A stretch of 64,000 nucleotides of DNA from Rebecca billardiae RCC1528 (lineage: Eukaryota; Protista; Haptophyta): the NCBI GenBank assembly GCA_965240325.2, contig OZ251252.1, positions 310,001-374,000 of the forward strand, given 5' to 3'. This document shows, piece by piece, positions 36,201-47,845 of the stretch. The translations under genes were made by a program, and so were the position numbers. The stretch's first letter is position 1; the number at the start of each line of letters is the position of its first letter. The notes under the pieces were generated by a model, which worked only from the letters and a program-made list of their open reading frames with translations, ran no database searches and was not told where the DNA came from.

Positions 36201-36583
36201 CTGAAACAGCACTGCTCACGCCAGGCTGTGCTGCTAGGCTGGCTGCTAGGCAGTATCAAAGGCCATCCAGCTGCAGCGCCAGGGCCCACTACACAGCTGC
36301 TACACTCCCAGCCAGCCAGCCCACAGCCTGCTCAGGGGGTGAATTTCCATCCCTGCCTGCCCTCGTGGTGGTCCAGCACCCCCGCGCAGCACCCGTCAGC
36401 CGGTTGTGCATCTGCATTCAATTTATCTGACTGACTCAGCCCACACACCCGCCCAGCTCATACCCACCTGGTCTGTGAGGGCTATAGGTGCAGTAACAGA
36501 TAGCATGCAGCAGTGGGCCTCAAACAGTGACTGAGCTGGTATAGACAGCCAAACACAAGGGTAACCAATTGTTGAGGGGACTG
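33250..36583. mobile_element. TA-flanked DNA element with 794-bp long terminal direct repeats (33250-34043, 35790-36583), each bounded by ~25-bp imperfect TIRs
   Basis: Each unit runs CAGTCCTCTCAACA(A/G)TAAATTACCC...GGGTAACCAATTGTTGAGGGGACTG. I saw two substitutions between units. TA occurs only at the outer ends (33248-33249, 36584-36585). Confidence 0.85.
34225..35052. repeat. 187-bp tandem satellite (4 full units plus a partial) inside the direct-repeat element
   Basis: CAGCTG(T/C)CGTGAGTGGCACAGCCGAT recurs at 34255, 34442, 34629, 34816 and 35017. Confidence 0.92.
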
Positions 36584-37190
36584 TAGAGTGGGTAGAAGTA
36601 ACGGACGACCGCCGCCATCGTGAACAGAGCGGTCAGAGCCCGTCCGCAGCGGAGCCCCCGTGACGTCCAACCGGCACGCGCTCGTGCGCGTGGGCTGCGG
36701 TTGCCTCGTCTCGAGGCCAGCAGAGACTGGCCAACGATTGCGTGATGCGTGCCGCCGTGTCCGGACCGGTGGCGCCGCTGGCGCCCCGGGGTCGCGGCGG
36801 TCGTGCGGCCGGGCCCGCCCCGGATCGCGGACTCACTCGGACTCCGAGTTACAGAGACAGTGTGAAGACAGAGTACCGCGAACTGCCGGCAACTGACAAC
36901 TGTAGTTGTACCGGGGATGACGACTCCGGCAACTGATGATGAGTATACAGATCGACGACTTATTTTAAATATACGGCGCGCATGACTTCTCGTCCGCCTG
37001 GAATCGCCAATCGGATTCGGGCGAGGGCCGGCGGCGCCAGTCACACTGCTGTCACTTCGCGGCCGATGCGGCCGCCGCGGTGACGACTCAAGGCATCGAC
37101 ATCGGGCGCCGCTGACCAGGCTCTGAGGCTGTGCACGTGAGACCCGGGGGCGCCGCCCGCGCTGAGTGTCACTGCTACTGCTGGCGCTAG

Positions 37191-40100
37191 CTACTCTGCG
37201 CCCACGGCGTCGCAGAGACTGGTCACGACGGCGCGCACCGCCACCGCATCACGCTGGTCCACCCCGACCGCCTCCGTCGACGTCGACCGCACGCCACCAC
37301 CAGGTGCGTCCGCCGCGGCGTCCGCGGCGGCGGCGACGGCGGCAACGGCGGCAACGGCGGCGGGTACATCCGGGCCGTCGACACACATGGCGCACGGCCC
37401 ATCGTGCTGCGCGCCGGCCTCGGCAGGCGCGCCGGGCGCACGGACGCTCCCCGCGCCGCCCGGCGCGGCCGTCTCGCGCAGCGACGCGGCCGCCAGCCGC
37501 TCCACCACCGCCGCCAGCGGCACACGCCGCCGCCGGCCCGGCAGCAAGGCCGCCGCCGCGGGCGGCGCGGGCGTGGCGGGCGGCGCGGCAGCCGCGTGCT
37601 CGCGCGGCGCCACGGCGCTTGCCGCGCCGGGCGCGCGCGCTTCGCTCAGAAGCGTCGGCGCCGTCGCCACCGCCGCCACCGCGCCGCCCACGCCCCCCGC
37701 GGGCGCGCCGGCCGGAACCACCGCGCCGCTACCACCGCCGTCGCAGCTGAAGCTCAGCGCGGCGGCGTCAGCGCCGCGCCCTGCCGGCGTCAACGCGCCC
37801 GCGCGCGCGCGCGCCGCGCACAGCGCAGCCGTCGCCTCGAGCGATCGCCGCCGGCCGGCCGCCGGCGCCATTGCCGCCGGCGGGGCGCACACGTACCGCG
37901 CTGCGCCGGCGAGCACGCCGCGCCACGGCTCGCCGCCCCACGCGGGCTTGGGCGCGGGCTGCGGCGCGCGCGCGCGCGGCGGCGCGGGCGGAGGCGCGTC
38001 CGCCGCGGGCGCGCCGCCGGCGGCGGCCGCCGCGCCGGCGCTGGCGTCGCCGCACGCGCGCGCGCGCTTACGCGCGGCCGTGGGTGCGTCGTCCGCGGGC
38101 TCCCCGCCGGCGCCAGGCTGCTTGGGCGGCCGTGGGGGGAGGACGGCGGAGAAGGCGGCGGCCGAGGCGCGCGGCGCGGCGGCGACGACGCCGCCCGCGC
38201 CGCCGCTCGCCGCGCCGCCGCCCCCAATGCCCGCCGCCACCGCGCCGCCGCCGCCGCCGCCACCGCCGCCACCGCCGCCACCACCGCCGCTCCCACCGCC
38301 GCCGCCGGGGGCGACGAAGTTGATCGCCGAGTAGCGATGCGCGCCGCGCGGGTTCCGCGTCATCAGCGCACCGGCGAACACGTGACGCGCGGGCGCCGCC
38401 GCCGCCTCCTCGGCCGCCGCGGCCGCCTCGCGCCGACGCCGCGCAGCATACACGCGCACCGCAGTCGCGGCCTTGTCTGCAGCCGCCGCCGCCGCCGCGG
38501 CCGCCTTGCCCGCGCCACCGCTCGCGCTCGCCGCGCCGCCGGTGGGCTTGGGCGCGGCGGTCTCCTTCGACGCGATCCGCTCGCGCGCCGCCGCCGCGCG
38601 CGCCGCGAGCCGCGCAAGCTTCTCTCGCTCCGCCTTCGAGACTGGCGCGCGCGCGCCGCGGCCGCGCGGCGCGTCGGCGGCGGCCGCGCGCGCGCCGCCT
38701 GGGCCACGCTTGGCGGCGCCGCCGGCGCGCTTGGCGCCGCGCCCCTTCCGCCCGCCCGCCGCCGCCGCCTCCTCCCCCGCCGCCGCGGCCGCCTGCATCG
38801 CCAGCTGCTCCTCCGCCGACCAGTCGTTCTGAAACGGCCGCATCGAGTGGTAGTTGTAAGTCACCTGAGTGTCGATGCGCGCGCGCCGGGGCGTATTATA
38901 ATGGGTATGGGTAGAATGCGGGTAACGGGGGTGGGCAGTTGGGCGGGGGTGGGGTCATGCGGGTGGGGAGGGGGGCGAGGGCGCGGGCTCACCGCAGCGC
39001 AGCGGGCGCGACGCACACGCCGGCCCGCACGCGGGCGCGGTGGGGCCATGTGCACGCGCGCACACGGGGGGGATATGCGCGCAGGCCGCCGCCGCCGCGG
39101 CGCGCGCACCTCCTCGCCCGCCTTGATGTCGCGCACGGCGCGCAGCATGGGCACGCGCGGCAGCAGGCTGAACGCCTCTCCCGTGCCCAGCGGCATGAAC
39201 CACAAGTACGACGTCGTGTGGTAAGGGTCGTGATTGGCCATCGAGCCGCAGCTGCGCGCGCGCGTACAGGCGGGCGTGTGTGTGTGTGTGTGCGTGTGCG
39301 CGTGTGTGTTGTGTGTCGCCGTGTGTCCACGCGTGTGCCAGTGCGTGTGCCAGCGTGTGCCGTAAGGCAGTGGGCGTCAGCGTGGCGCGGCGTGGGCGTG
39401 GTGCGCCCGTGGGCGCGCGCAGAGCCGCGCGAGAGGGCGGCAGGGCTGCAGCTGTGCGCGCGAGCGCGCGTGCGCGCGCGCGCATGCGCCTGTCGCGCGG
39501 CGGCGTGGCGGCATCGCGACGGCACACGCACGCACCCTTGCGTCCACTGCGTGGCGGTCTCGCCCTGCAGCGGGCGGAAGCGGCCGTCCGCCTCGGGCGC
39601 CTCGCCGATCCCGGCGGCAAACTGCATGCCGTCCACCAGCATGTCCGAGTCTGGGCATAGCGCCAGGGGCGGGCGGCGGCGCGGGCCCGCGCGCGTGAGC
39701 GATCGCACGGGCGCGTGTGCGGACCGGACCGCGCGCGCATGGCAGCCGCGCCGCCACTTCCGCAGGCAGCACCCCTCCCCGCCCACCGCCCGCCACGCGC
39801 AACGACCCCACCGCGCGCACGCAGTGCTGACGAACCACCGCCCCCCCAGGCCGAGGATGAGGCGGCGGCGGCGAGCCGCACCTGAGATGCGGAGCACGTA
39901 CGATGCGCAGTGGTGGGCCTTGCGCTGCTCCCCCGCCGCCACTGAGATCACCTCGCCGCCGTACAGCGTGATCGGCTCGTCCTTGACGAAGTCGCGGCCC
40001 GCGTACAGCCCGCGGCCCAGCTTGGTGCCTGCCGCCGCGCGGAGGAGCGGCGCGCACGATGGCGGACGGGGGGCGGGTGAACAACGGCCGAGAGGGGGGC

Positions 40101-40976
40101 GGCGCGCGCGCGCGGGACGCGCGCGCGCGCCGGCCGCCGGCGCGGCGCGGCAAGCGCGCGCGCACCGAAGAGCTCGAGGGTGCCGGACTCGCGGATCTCG
40201 ACGCCGCCGTTCGCCAGCGTGCCCAGCGCGCCGAAGCGCGGGTCGACGCCGCGGCTCAGGTGCCCGAGTTGTAACAGCTCCCGAAGCGGCGCTAATAGCG
40301 CCTCCTGCTGGTAAGTAAGCCCAGTACCCAGGTAGGGGCCCAGGTAGGTGCCGTAACCGTCGGCGGCATCCGCGCCGTACTCCACGCCATAGGGCTCGTC
40401 GCCCGCGTACTCGTACCCGCCGTACCCGTTCCCGCCGCCGGCGCCGCCGCCCGCGCCGCCGCCCGCGCCGCCGCCGCCGCCCGCGCCGCCCGGCCCGCCG
40501 CCGCCCCCTGGCTGCTGCCGCGTGGAGGCGCGGCGCTCACGCTCGACGCCCGCGCCGAAGCTGAGCGCACGGTCGCGCACCGCCGGCGGCCGCGAGCCAC
40601 CGCGCAGCCGCTCCGCGCTGCGCGCGCGCGAGGGCGGCCGCGGCGCGGCCGCGGCCGCTGCCGCCTCCTCCTCCGCCTCCTCGCCTGACGAGGCACCGGC
40701 CGCGCCGTCGGGCTCGTTCGGGCCGGAGCGGGCGTCGTCGTCCTCGCCCTCCTCCGCGTCGCCACTCGCCTCGCCGTCGGCCGTGTCCGGGCCTTCGTCG
40801 TCGTCGCGCGCGCCGGCCGCGCCGGCCGCGAGTCCGCCATCGTCGTCGTCGCCGCCGCCGCGCCGCGCGCGCGCGTCGTCGTCGGCGCCGTCGCTGCCGC
40901 CGAGCAGGGCGGCGCGCTCAGTCTCGGTCCACGCGAGGAAGCCCTCGCGCGGCGCACCCTCCTCCTCCGCGCTCAT
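37191..40976 (-). CDS. SET-domain lysine methyltransferase with low-complexity flanks (exons 40976-40166, 40028-39882, 39650-39536, 39251-39110, 38864-37191)
   Basis: VEIRES..LGRGLYAGRDF..ITLYGG..YVL..VDG..GSMANH..LRAVRDIKAGEEVTYNY; splice phases are consistent. Confidence 0.85.
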
Positions 40977-41183
40977 GCTACGTACGCGCGCACGCGCGCG
41001 CGGCCGTGGCCACCCCGCGCCACGGCGAGCCTCGCGCCGGTAGCCCGCGACCGCGAGTCGCCAAGACGCGACGGGCGCACGATGGCGGCCTCTCGCCCCG
41101 GCCCGGGATGCTGATGCACAGCGTGACGATGCACAGCCGTGACGCCCATAGGATATACATACACCGCGCGGCCTGCGCGCGCG

Positions 41184-44100
41184 CTAGACGGCCAGGTCAC
41201 TCCTCGCGGGCGACGGCTCGGGCATCGCTGGTCGCCTCCCGCCGCTGCCAGCCGCAGGCTGCGCCGCGCCGCCGCCGCCCGCGCCGCCGCCTGCCGCGGC
41301 GGCGGGGGCCGGCGCCACAGTGGCGGCTCCCGCGCCGCTCGCATCGTCGGAGGCCTGCTCCTCGCCCTCCTCGTGCACCGTCGCGCCCGCCGTCGCGCCC
41401 GCGCCACCCTGCCGCCGGACGCTGGGCTCCGCCGAGGTCGGCCTCGGCGCACACCCGCCGCCGCCGCCGCCGCCACCGCCGCCGGGCGCGCTCGTCGCCA
41501 TCACGTGCTCGGCGACCAGGGCGCCGTCGACGCCGGTGCAGCGGAGCATCACGGTGGCGCCGTCGAGCCGCTTGAGCAGCACCACGTCGCCGTGCACGGG
41601 CGGCAGGCAGCCGAAGCAGTTTCCCGAGAAGTCCGGCCGCTGCGCGTGCGGGTGCTTGGGGCCGTGCAGGTACGCCTGCGGGTCGCCCAGGTGGAAGCCC
41701 TCGTCGAACAGGTTGACGCAGCTGCGCGAAAACAAAAGAAAATGGAGCAGAGAAGCAAAAACCCGCAGTCGTCGGGCACGATGGCGGCGGACGGATGAGC
41801 GTGAGACGGATGAGCGCAAGGGTTGCGCCGGGCCAGGGCGCGTCGTTGCCGCGCGCGCGCGCGGCGCGCACCCCGCGACGAACGCCTCGTCGATCGACGT
41901 GCGCCCCCGCGCGCGCAGCTCGTGCGCGCTCAGGTGCGCGCCGATCGCGTCGACAAATCCGACCGCGAACGCGCGCGCCGCCTGATCCTCCGTGATCGAG
42001 TTCCAGCAGACGACCTGCGCGGCGCGTTGGGTGGGGGGCGGGCGTGGGGCGGGCGGCGTGCGTGCATGCGCGTGCCCGTGCGCCCATGCCCCTCTGCGTG
42101 TGCCGCGCGCGTTTGTTGGACACACACGAAGCGCGCGCGTGTGTGCACGCGCGTGTGCGTGTGTGTGCACGCGCGCGCGTGTGTGTGTGTGCGCGCGCGC
42201 GTGTGCGTGTGTGTGCGCCCGTGTGCGGGCGACGCCCCTCTCGCGCACCTTGAGCCACGGCATCGACTCGAGGATGGCGCAGCCGAGCACCGTCGTCAGG
42301 CAGCCGTTCAGGAACACAGCCTGCCGGGTGCGGACGGCGCGGTGGCGGTTACGGACGGCGCGGTGGCGGTTACGGACGGCGTGGTGGCGGTTACGGACGG
42401 CGCGGTGGCGGTTACGGACGGCGCGGTGCTGGCCGGCCAGTGGGGGCGCGCAGCGTTGGGCCGTTGGGCGCGCCCGCCGTGCCGCCCAGCCCCCCTACCG
42501 CAGCCGCAGGCCCGCAGGCCCGCACGCACCTCGATCCGGCCGTTGGGCGCGTCCGCCGTGCGGCGCAGCAGCGAGACAAACTCGTCGGGCGGCGAGTGCG
42601 TGTCGATGCGGCCGTTGGCCAGCTCGAACGCCAGCGCGCCCATGAACGTGTGCCCGCTGAACATGATGATCCGCGGGTTGAACGCCTCGAGCGCGCTCGT
42701 CGCGTCCGCGAGCGTCGCCGCCGGCTGCACCTCCAGGTACATCTTCGGGATGGTGCGCAGCAGAAAGCGCAACTCCTGACCCAGCTTAAGCGGCTTCAGA
42801 CCCAGCTCGTGCGCGACGCGCGCGGGCAGCGTCGGGTTGGCGAAGAGCGCGAGGAACTCGACGTGCGCGCCGGCGATCATCTCCTCGTTCTCCTCCACCT
42901 GCCAGGATACACGGGCCGTGGCGCAGGGCCGTTACAAAGGCCGTTACAAAGGCCGATACGCGGGCCGTGACGCAGGCGCGCGCCGCCCGTGCGACGTGGA
43001 CGCGCGCGGCGCGCGGCGGCAGGCAGCGCGCGCGGCGGATGGGCGGCGACGCGCGCGCGCGCTCTCCCCCCGCGCACGCACGCACACATAGGCACACGCA
43101 CACGCACACGTGCGCACACGCGAGGCGCTCCCCCCCGCGCATGCCTTCCCCCAGAGCAGGTACTGCTGCACGAACGAATGGCGCTCGAAGCGGTTAATCC
43201 GGTGCGCGCCGATGAGGAAGAGGAGAACACCGCACGCGCCGGACAGGAGCGCCTTCACGCACTCCTCCGTCACGTCCGCCGCGCCACCACCGCCACCGCC
43301 CCCGGCACTGCCGCCGCCCGCCGCGCCGCCGCCGCCGTCCGCCGGCCGCAGCGGCGGCGGAAGCGCCAGCACACCCGCCGCGTCGGCCAGCTCGACGGCG
43401 CACGCCGCGGCAAAGCAGAGATACAACGCTACGCTCACGAGCACGCAGAGGACAAAGTCCAGCGCCGCGTTCAGCACGGTCGCCGAGACCGCCAGCAGCA
43501 GCCAGACGAGCTGCCAGACCACCTGGAGCGCCGGGCGCGCGCCCCACGCGCCCGTGCGCCGCTTGAACGCCCAGTCTGACCAGAGAATCGTGTTGTAGGC
43601 GCAGAGTGCAGAGAGAAGAACGATCAGGCGCCACCACTGCACGCACGGGCTGGCGGGCGCGTACGTCGGCGCGGCAGGCGACGCACCAGCGGCGGTGGCG
43701 GAGGGCCCGGCCGCGCCGACCACCGCGCCGCGCCCCGCCGCCCGCTGCCCGCCGCCGCCGCCGCCGGCGCGCGCGGCGGCCCTCGCGTCGGCGCACGCGC
43801 CGCGGAGGCTAGGCGGCGGCGGCACGGCCGCCGGCGGCGCCGCCTCGCGCGCCGGCACGCGCCGCCGGGTGATCAGCAGCCCTGCGGAGTGACCAGGCGG
43901 GAAGGGCGTGCGCCATGGCGGTGCGCACGGCGGGCGGCGCGCGTGCCGCTGAGCTTCAGCTGCCGAGGCGGCGCGCGCGCGTGGCAGCGGCGGCAGCGGC
44001 CGCGCTCGGCGGGGCCGGGCGGCGCGTGCCGCCGCTGCCACGCGCACCCGCGCCCGACGCAGAGCAGAGCGCTGCCGCCCGTCCACCCATCCCTCCGCCG

Positions 44101-46232
44101 TGCACACACACACCGCCCGAGAGCGCAGCACCGCGCCGCCCCGGCCGCACGCACCTGCGAGACTCAGCATGGCCGCCGGTGCGAGCATGTTCAGTGCCGC
44201 CCAGCCCAGGGCCACCCCTGAGCCCAGGCTGTAGCAGCCATTGGCGCCGAGGAACGCGGCGGTGAGCCACAGCCGGCGCTGCACGCGCTCGAGCTGGTAC
44301 TCCGTCACGTAGCTGCGGGCGGACAGGGCGGCAGGGTACGGGCACGGGCACGGGTACGGGTAGGGGGTGGGGCCCGGGGTCGGGGCGGCGGCAGCGCACA
44401 GCCACGCGCGCGCGGTGGCGGCGGCGGCGGCGCGCGCCGAGATGGTGTGGCTGGTTGGGGGGGGGAAGGGACGTGGGCAGACACGGCGGCGAGGCGGCAC
44501 GCGACTGCTCCGCCCTCCGCCGTGCGCGGTGGGCGGCGCGCACACGGCGCACAGCACGGCCGCCGCCCGCGCAGCCTGCGCAGGGCGCCAGCCCGCTGCT
44601 GTCCCCGCGCTCCCGTGCACGGCGCGCGGCAGGGTATGTACGCACCGGTGGAAGCGGTCCTCCACCTCCTGGCTGCCCTTGAACTGGTTCGTCCAGCGGT
44701 GTTGCTGCAGGGGTAGGGTCCGGGGGTAGGGTTGGGGTGGTCACGGTGGGCGGGGTTCAAGACGAGGGTGACCGTTACATGACTACCGTTACACCATGCG
44801 GTGTAACGGCGCGGCGTAACGGCGCACACCTGCAGGTACTCCCGGCGCAACGAGCGCGTCTCCTCCTTCCGGAAGAAGCCGCGCCGCATCGCCGCCTCTT
44901 CGGAGGCGGTGGCCTGTGCACGCGTTCCCGCCGCGCGCGCGCGTGGTGTGTGTGCGTGTGTGTGTGTGTGTGCCAAGGGGCGGAGGGGAAGCCAGGGGGG
45001 CGCGCACGGCAGGGGTGCGCGCGCGCGCGCATGGGCGGAGGGGGAGGGCGGTCGGCGCGCGGCGGCGTGCGCAGAGCGCGCGCGTGCGTGCGAGGCACGG
45101 CGCTGCAGCGCTGCCCCCCTGCAGCCAGCCAACCGCGGCGGGCGGCGGCGGCGCGCGCGCAGAGCGTCCGTCACAGGGCGCGCGCGCGGTGCCGCCCGCG
45201 CGCGGGCGCGCGGGCGCGCAGCCGCTGGAGGATGCATCCGCACGCACGCGCCCGCCCAGATCGCAATCTCGGCAGGTCCCTCAGTCCGTACGCGCCCACC
45301 CGAGCCGCGCGCAGTCCGCAGCCACGCCATTCCACGGCGCCCTCCGCCCCCGGCGGAGGGCGTGTGCCGTGTGACGGCGTGCCTGCAGACTGGTGCCGCG
45401 CGCGCGCGGGCTGAGGGACCCGCCGAGATTGCGATCTGGGCGCCGCCCCACCCCGCCGAGATTGCGATCTGGGCGCCGCCCGCACCATCGGAGGGTCTCT
45501 GAGCCTCAACACGAGCGGCGCTGTGCCTGTGTCGGAGCGGAGCGTCGAGAGGCCTCGGCGCAGCGTGGCGCGCGGCACGTGCGAGACCTGGCGCGAGGTG
45601 GTGGGCTCCGGCGGCTGCGACTGCTGCCGCCCAGGCTCCACGCCCGCGCGCGGCGGCGCCGCCGTGCCACCGGGTGCCGCGCCGCCGCCGCCGCCGCCGC
45701 CAGCTCGCTGCTGAGCCAAGCGGCGCGCCTCGGGCGACTGCGGCAGTGAGACGCCACGCGAGATGCGCGGCGCGAGGCGCGCGGGCGGTTGCGGCATGCG
45801 CCGCGGCGACGCGCCGGGCGGCACGCCCTCGCCACCGCCGCCGCCGCCGTGCGCGCCGCCGCTCGCAGGCGGCTGCAACGCCATAAACCCACCGCCACCG
45901 CCGGCCACGCCCTGCGGCGCGCACGCGGGCGGCGGCTGCGGCTGGCGCGCCCCGCGCGCCGCCGACGGCGACGTCATCTCACACTCGCCACCGCGCGCCG
46001 TCGGCGCCGTCGGCGGCGGCCGCTGCTGCGGCGGCGGCGGCGGCGCGGGCGTCGGCGGCGGTGTGACAAGCTCGGAGGAGCGACCGCACGCGCCGTTGGG
46101 CGCGAGCGGGACGGCGGCCTGGTGCGAGTCGGGCGTGCCCGTGCCGAACACGTTGCACAGGTCTCGCGCGCGCAGCGCGCGCCGCGCCGCATCGTCGGCT
46201 TGCGACTCGGCCGCGGCAATCGCGCGCTCCAT
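41184..46232 (-). CDS. Multi-pass membrane protein with a C-terminal CHAT (clan CD, caspase-like) peptidase domain, ~968 aa (exons 46232-45486, 44913-44830, 44704-44646, 44312-44155, 43881-43145, 42898-42530, 42320-42249, 42014-41872, 41721-41184)
   Basis: CHAT: [65 protein letters not shown]. About six TM helices lie upstream, framed by WTNQF..VEDRF and [10 protein letters not shown]. One donor is probably GC (43144); an in-frame GT lies 27 nt further on. Confidence 0.8.
42331..42428 (-). repeat. 21-bp intronic tandem repeat TAACCGCCACCGCGCCGTCCG (~4.5 copies)
   Basis: Read directly; it ends next to the acceptor at 42321-42323. Confidence 0.9.
45253..45471. repeat. Intronic hairpin (~35-bp inverted repeat, 45253-45287 / 45408-45442) built on the (C/G)AGATCGCAATCTC motif, plus a third copy
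   Basis: The arms differ at two positions; a third motif copy is at 45458-45471. Confidence 0.75.
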
Positions 46233-46510
46233 CGTGCCGGATGACGCTTGGCGCACCTCACCGACCCGCTCAGTCGCTCACCGCTCCCGCCCGCGCGGTC
46301 CGGCCGAACGCGAGCCGCGCGCGCGTCCGGAGAGTCGTGTCGTTTCCATTGCGTCGGCAAAAAACCGGGCCAGCCGCCATCTTGTGTCAGTTTCTGAGGG
46401 CTTCGCCAGTTGCCACCGCCCCGGTGCGCCGCCCCTCGTCGCTCGCCAGCGCGGCGCACAGCCGCGAGAGACCAGCCGCCCCCTCGCAACCGACACACCC
46501 AGCAGCGACC

Positions 46511-47845
46511 ATGCGCGAGATCGTGCACATCCAGGGCGGGCAGTGCGGCAACCAGATCGGCGCCAAGTTCTGGGAGGTGATCTCCGACGAGCACGGCGTC
46601 GACCCGACCGGCACGTACCACGGCGACTCGGACCTCCAGCTCGAGCGCATCAACGTGTACTACAATGAGGCGACCGGCGGCCGGTACGTGCCGCGCGCGA
46701 TCCTGATGGACCTCGAGCCGGGGACGATGGACTCGGTGCGCTCGGGGCCGTTCGGCCAGATCTTCCGCCCGGACAACTTCGTCTTCGGCCAGTCCGGCGC
46801 GGGCAACAACTGGGCCAAGGGCCACTACACCGAGGGCGCCGAGCTGATCGACGCGGTGCTCGACGTCGTGCGCAAGGAGGCGGAGTCGTGCGACTGCCTG
46901 CAGGGCTTCCAGATCACGCACTCGATGGGCGGCGGGACGGGCTCGGGCATGGGCACGCTCCTCATCTCGAAGATCCGCGAGGAGTACCCCGACCGCATCA
47001 TGGCCACCTACTCCGTCTTCCCGTCGCCCAAGGTGTCGGACACCGTCGTCGAGCCGTACAACGCGACGCTCTCGGTGCACCAGCTGGTGGAGAACTCGGA
47101 CGAGTGCCTGCTGCTCGACAACGAGGCGCTGTACGACATCTGCTTCCGCACGCTCAAGCTCACCACGCCCACCTTCGGCGACCTCAACCACCTCGTCGCC
47201 GCCGTGATGTCGTCGTCGACGTGCTGCCTGCGCTTCCCGGGCCAGCTCAACAGCGACCTGCGCAAGATGGGCGTCAACCTCGTGCCGTTCCCGCGGCTGC
47301 ACTTCTTCATGATCGGCTTCTCGCCGCTCACCTCGCGCGGCTCGCAGCAGTACCGCGCGCTCACCGTGCCGGAGCTCACGCAGCAGATGTTCGACGCGAA
47401 GAACATGATGGCCGCCGCCGACCCGCGCCACGGCCGCTACCTGACGGCGGCGGCGCTCTTCCGCGGCCGCATGTCGACCAAGGAGGTGGACGAGCAGATG
47501 CTCAACGTGCAGAACAAGAACTCGTCGTACTTCGTCGAGTGGATCCCGAACAACATCAAGTCGTCCATCTGCGACATCCCGCCCAAGGGCCTCAAGATGG
47601 CCGTCGCGTTTGTCGGCAACTCGACGTGCATGCAGGAGGTGATGAAGCGCATCTCCGAGCAGTTCACCGCCATGTTCCGCCGCAAGGCGTTCCTCCACTG
47701 GTACACGGGCGAGGGCATGGACGAGATGGAGTTCACCGAGGCGGAGTCGAACCTCAACGACCTCGTCTCCGAGTACCAGCAGTACCAGGACGCCTCCGCC
47801 GAGGAGGAGGGCGAGTTCGACGAGGAGGAGGGCGAGGAGTACTAG
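46511..47845 (+). CDS. TUBB: Beta-tubulin (444 aa, intronless, somewhat divergent)
   Basis: [17 protein letters not shown] start, GGGTGSG signature and acidic tail. Confidence 0.98.
   Translation: MREIVHIQGGQCGNQIGAKFWEVISDEHGVDPTGTYHGDSDLQLERINVYYNEATGGRYVPRAILMDLEPGTMDSVRSGPFGQIFRPDNFVFGQSGAGNNWAKGHYTEGAELIDAVLDVVRKEAESCDCLQGFQITHSMGGGTGSGMGTLLISKIREEYPDRIMATYSVFPSPKVSDTVVEPYNATLSVHQLVENSDECLLLDNEALYDICFRTLKLTTPTFGDLNHLVAAVMSSSTCCLRFPGQLNSDLRKMGVNLVPFPRLHFFMIGFSPLTSRGSQQYRALTVPELTQQMFDAKNMMAAADPRHGRYLTAAALFRGRMSTKEVDEQMLNVQNKNSSYFVEWIPNNIKSSICDIPPKGLKMAVAFVGNSTCMQEVMKRISEQFTAMFRRKAFLHWYTGEGMDEMEFTEAESNLNDLVSEYQQYQDASAEEEGEFDEEEGEEY

Noticed and set aside
33546-36434. Duplicated 114-aa and 98-aa ORFs in the direct repeats
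   Set aside because: Non-ATG starts, no recognisable motifs and non-host codon usage.
33250-36583. LTR retrotransposon / TRIM interpretation
   Set aside because: The repeats end CAGT..ACTG, not TG..CA. There is no 4-6-bp TSD, evident PBS/PPT or gag-pol remnant; the TA duplication and TIRs point to a DNA element.
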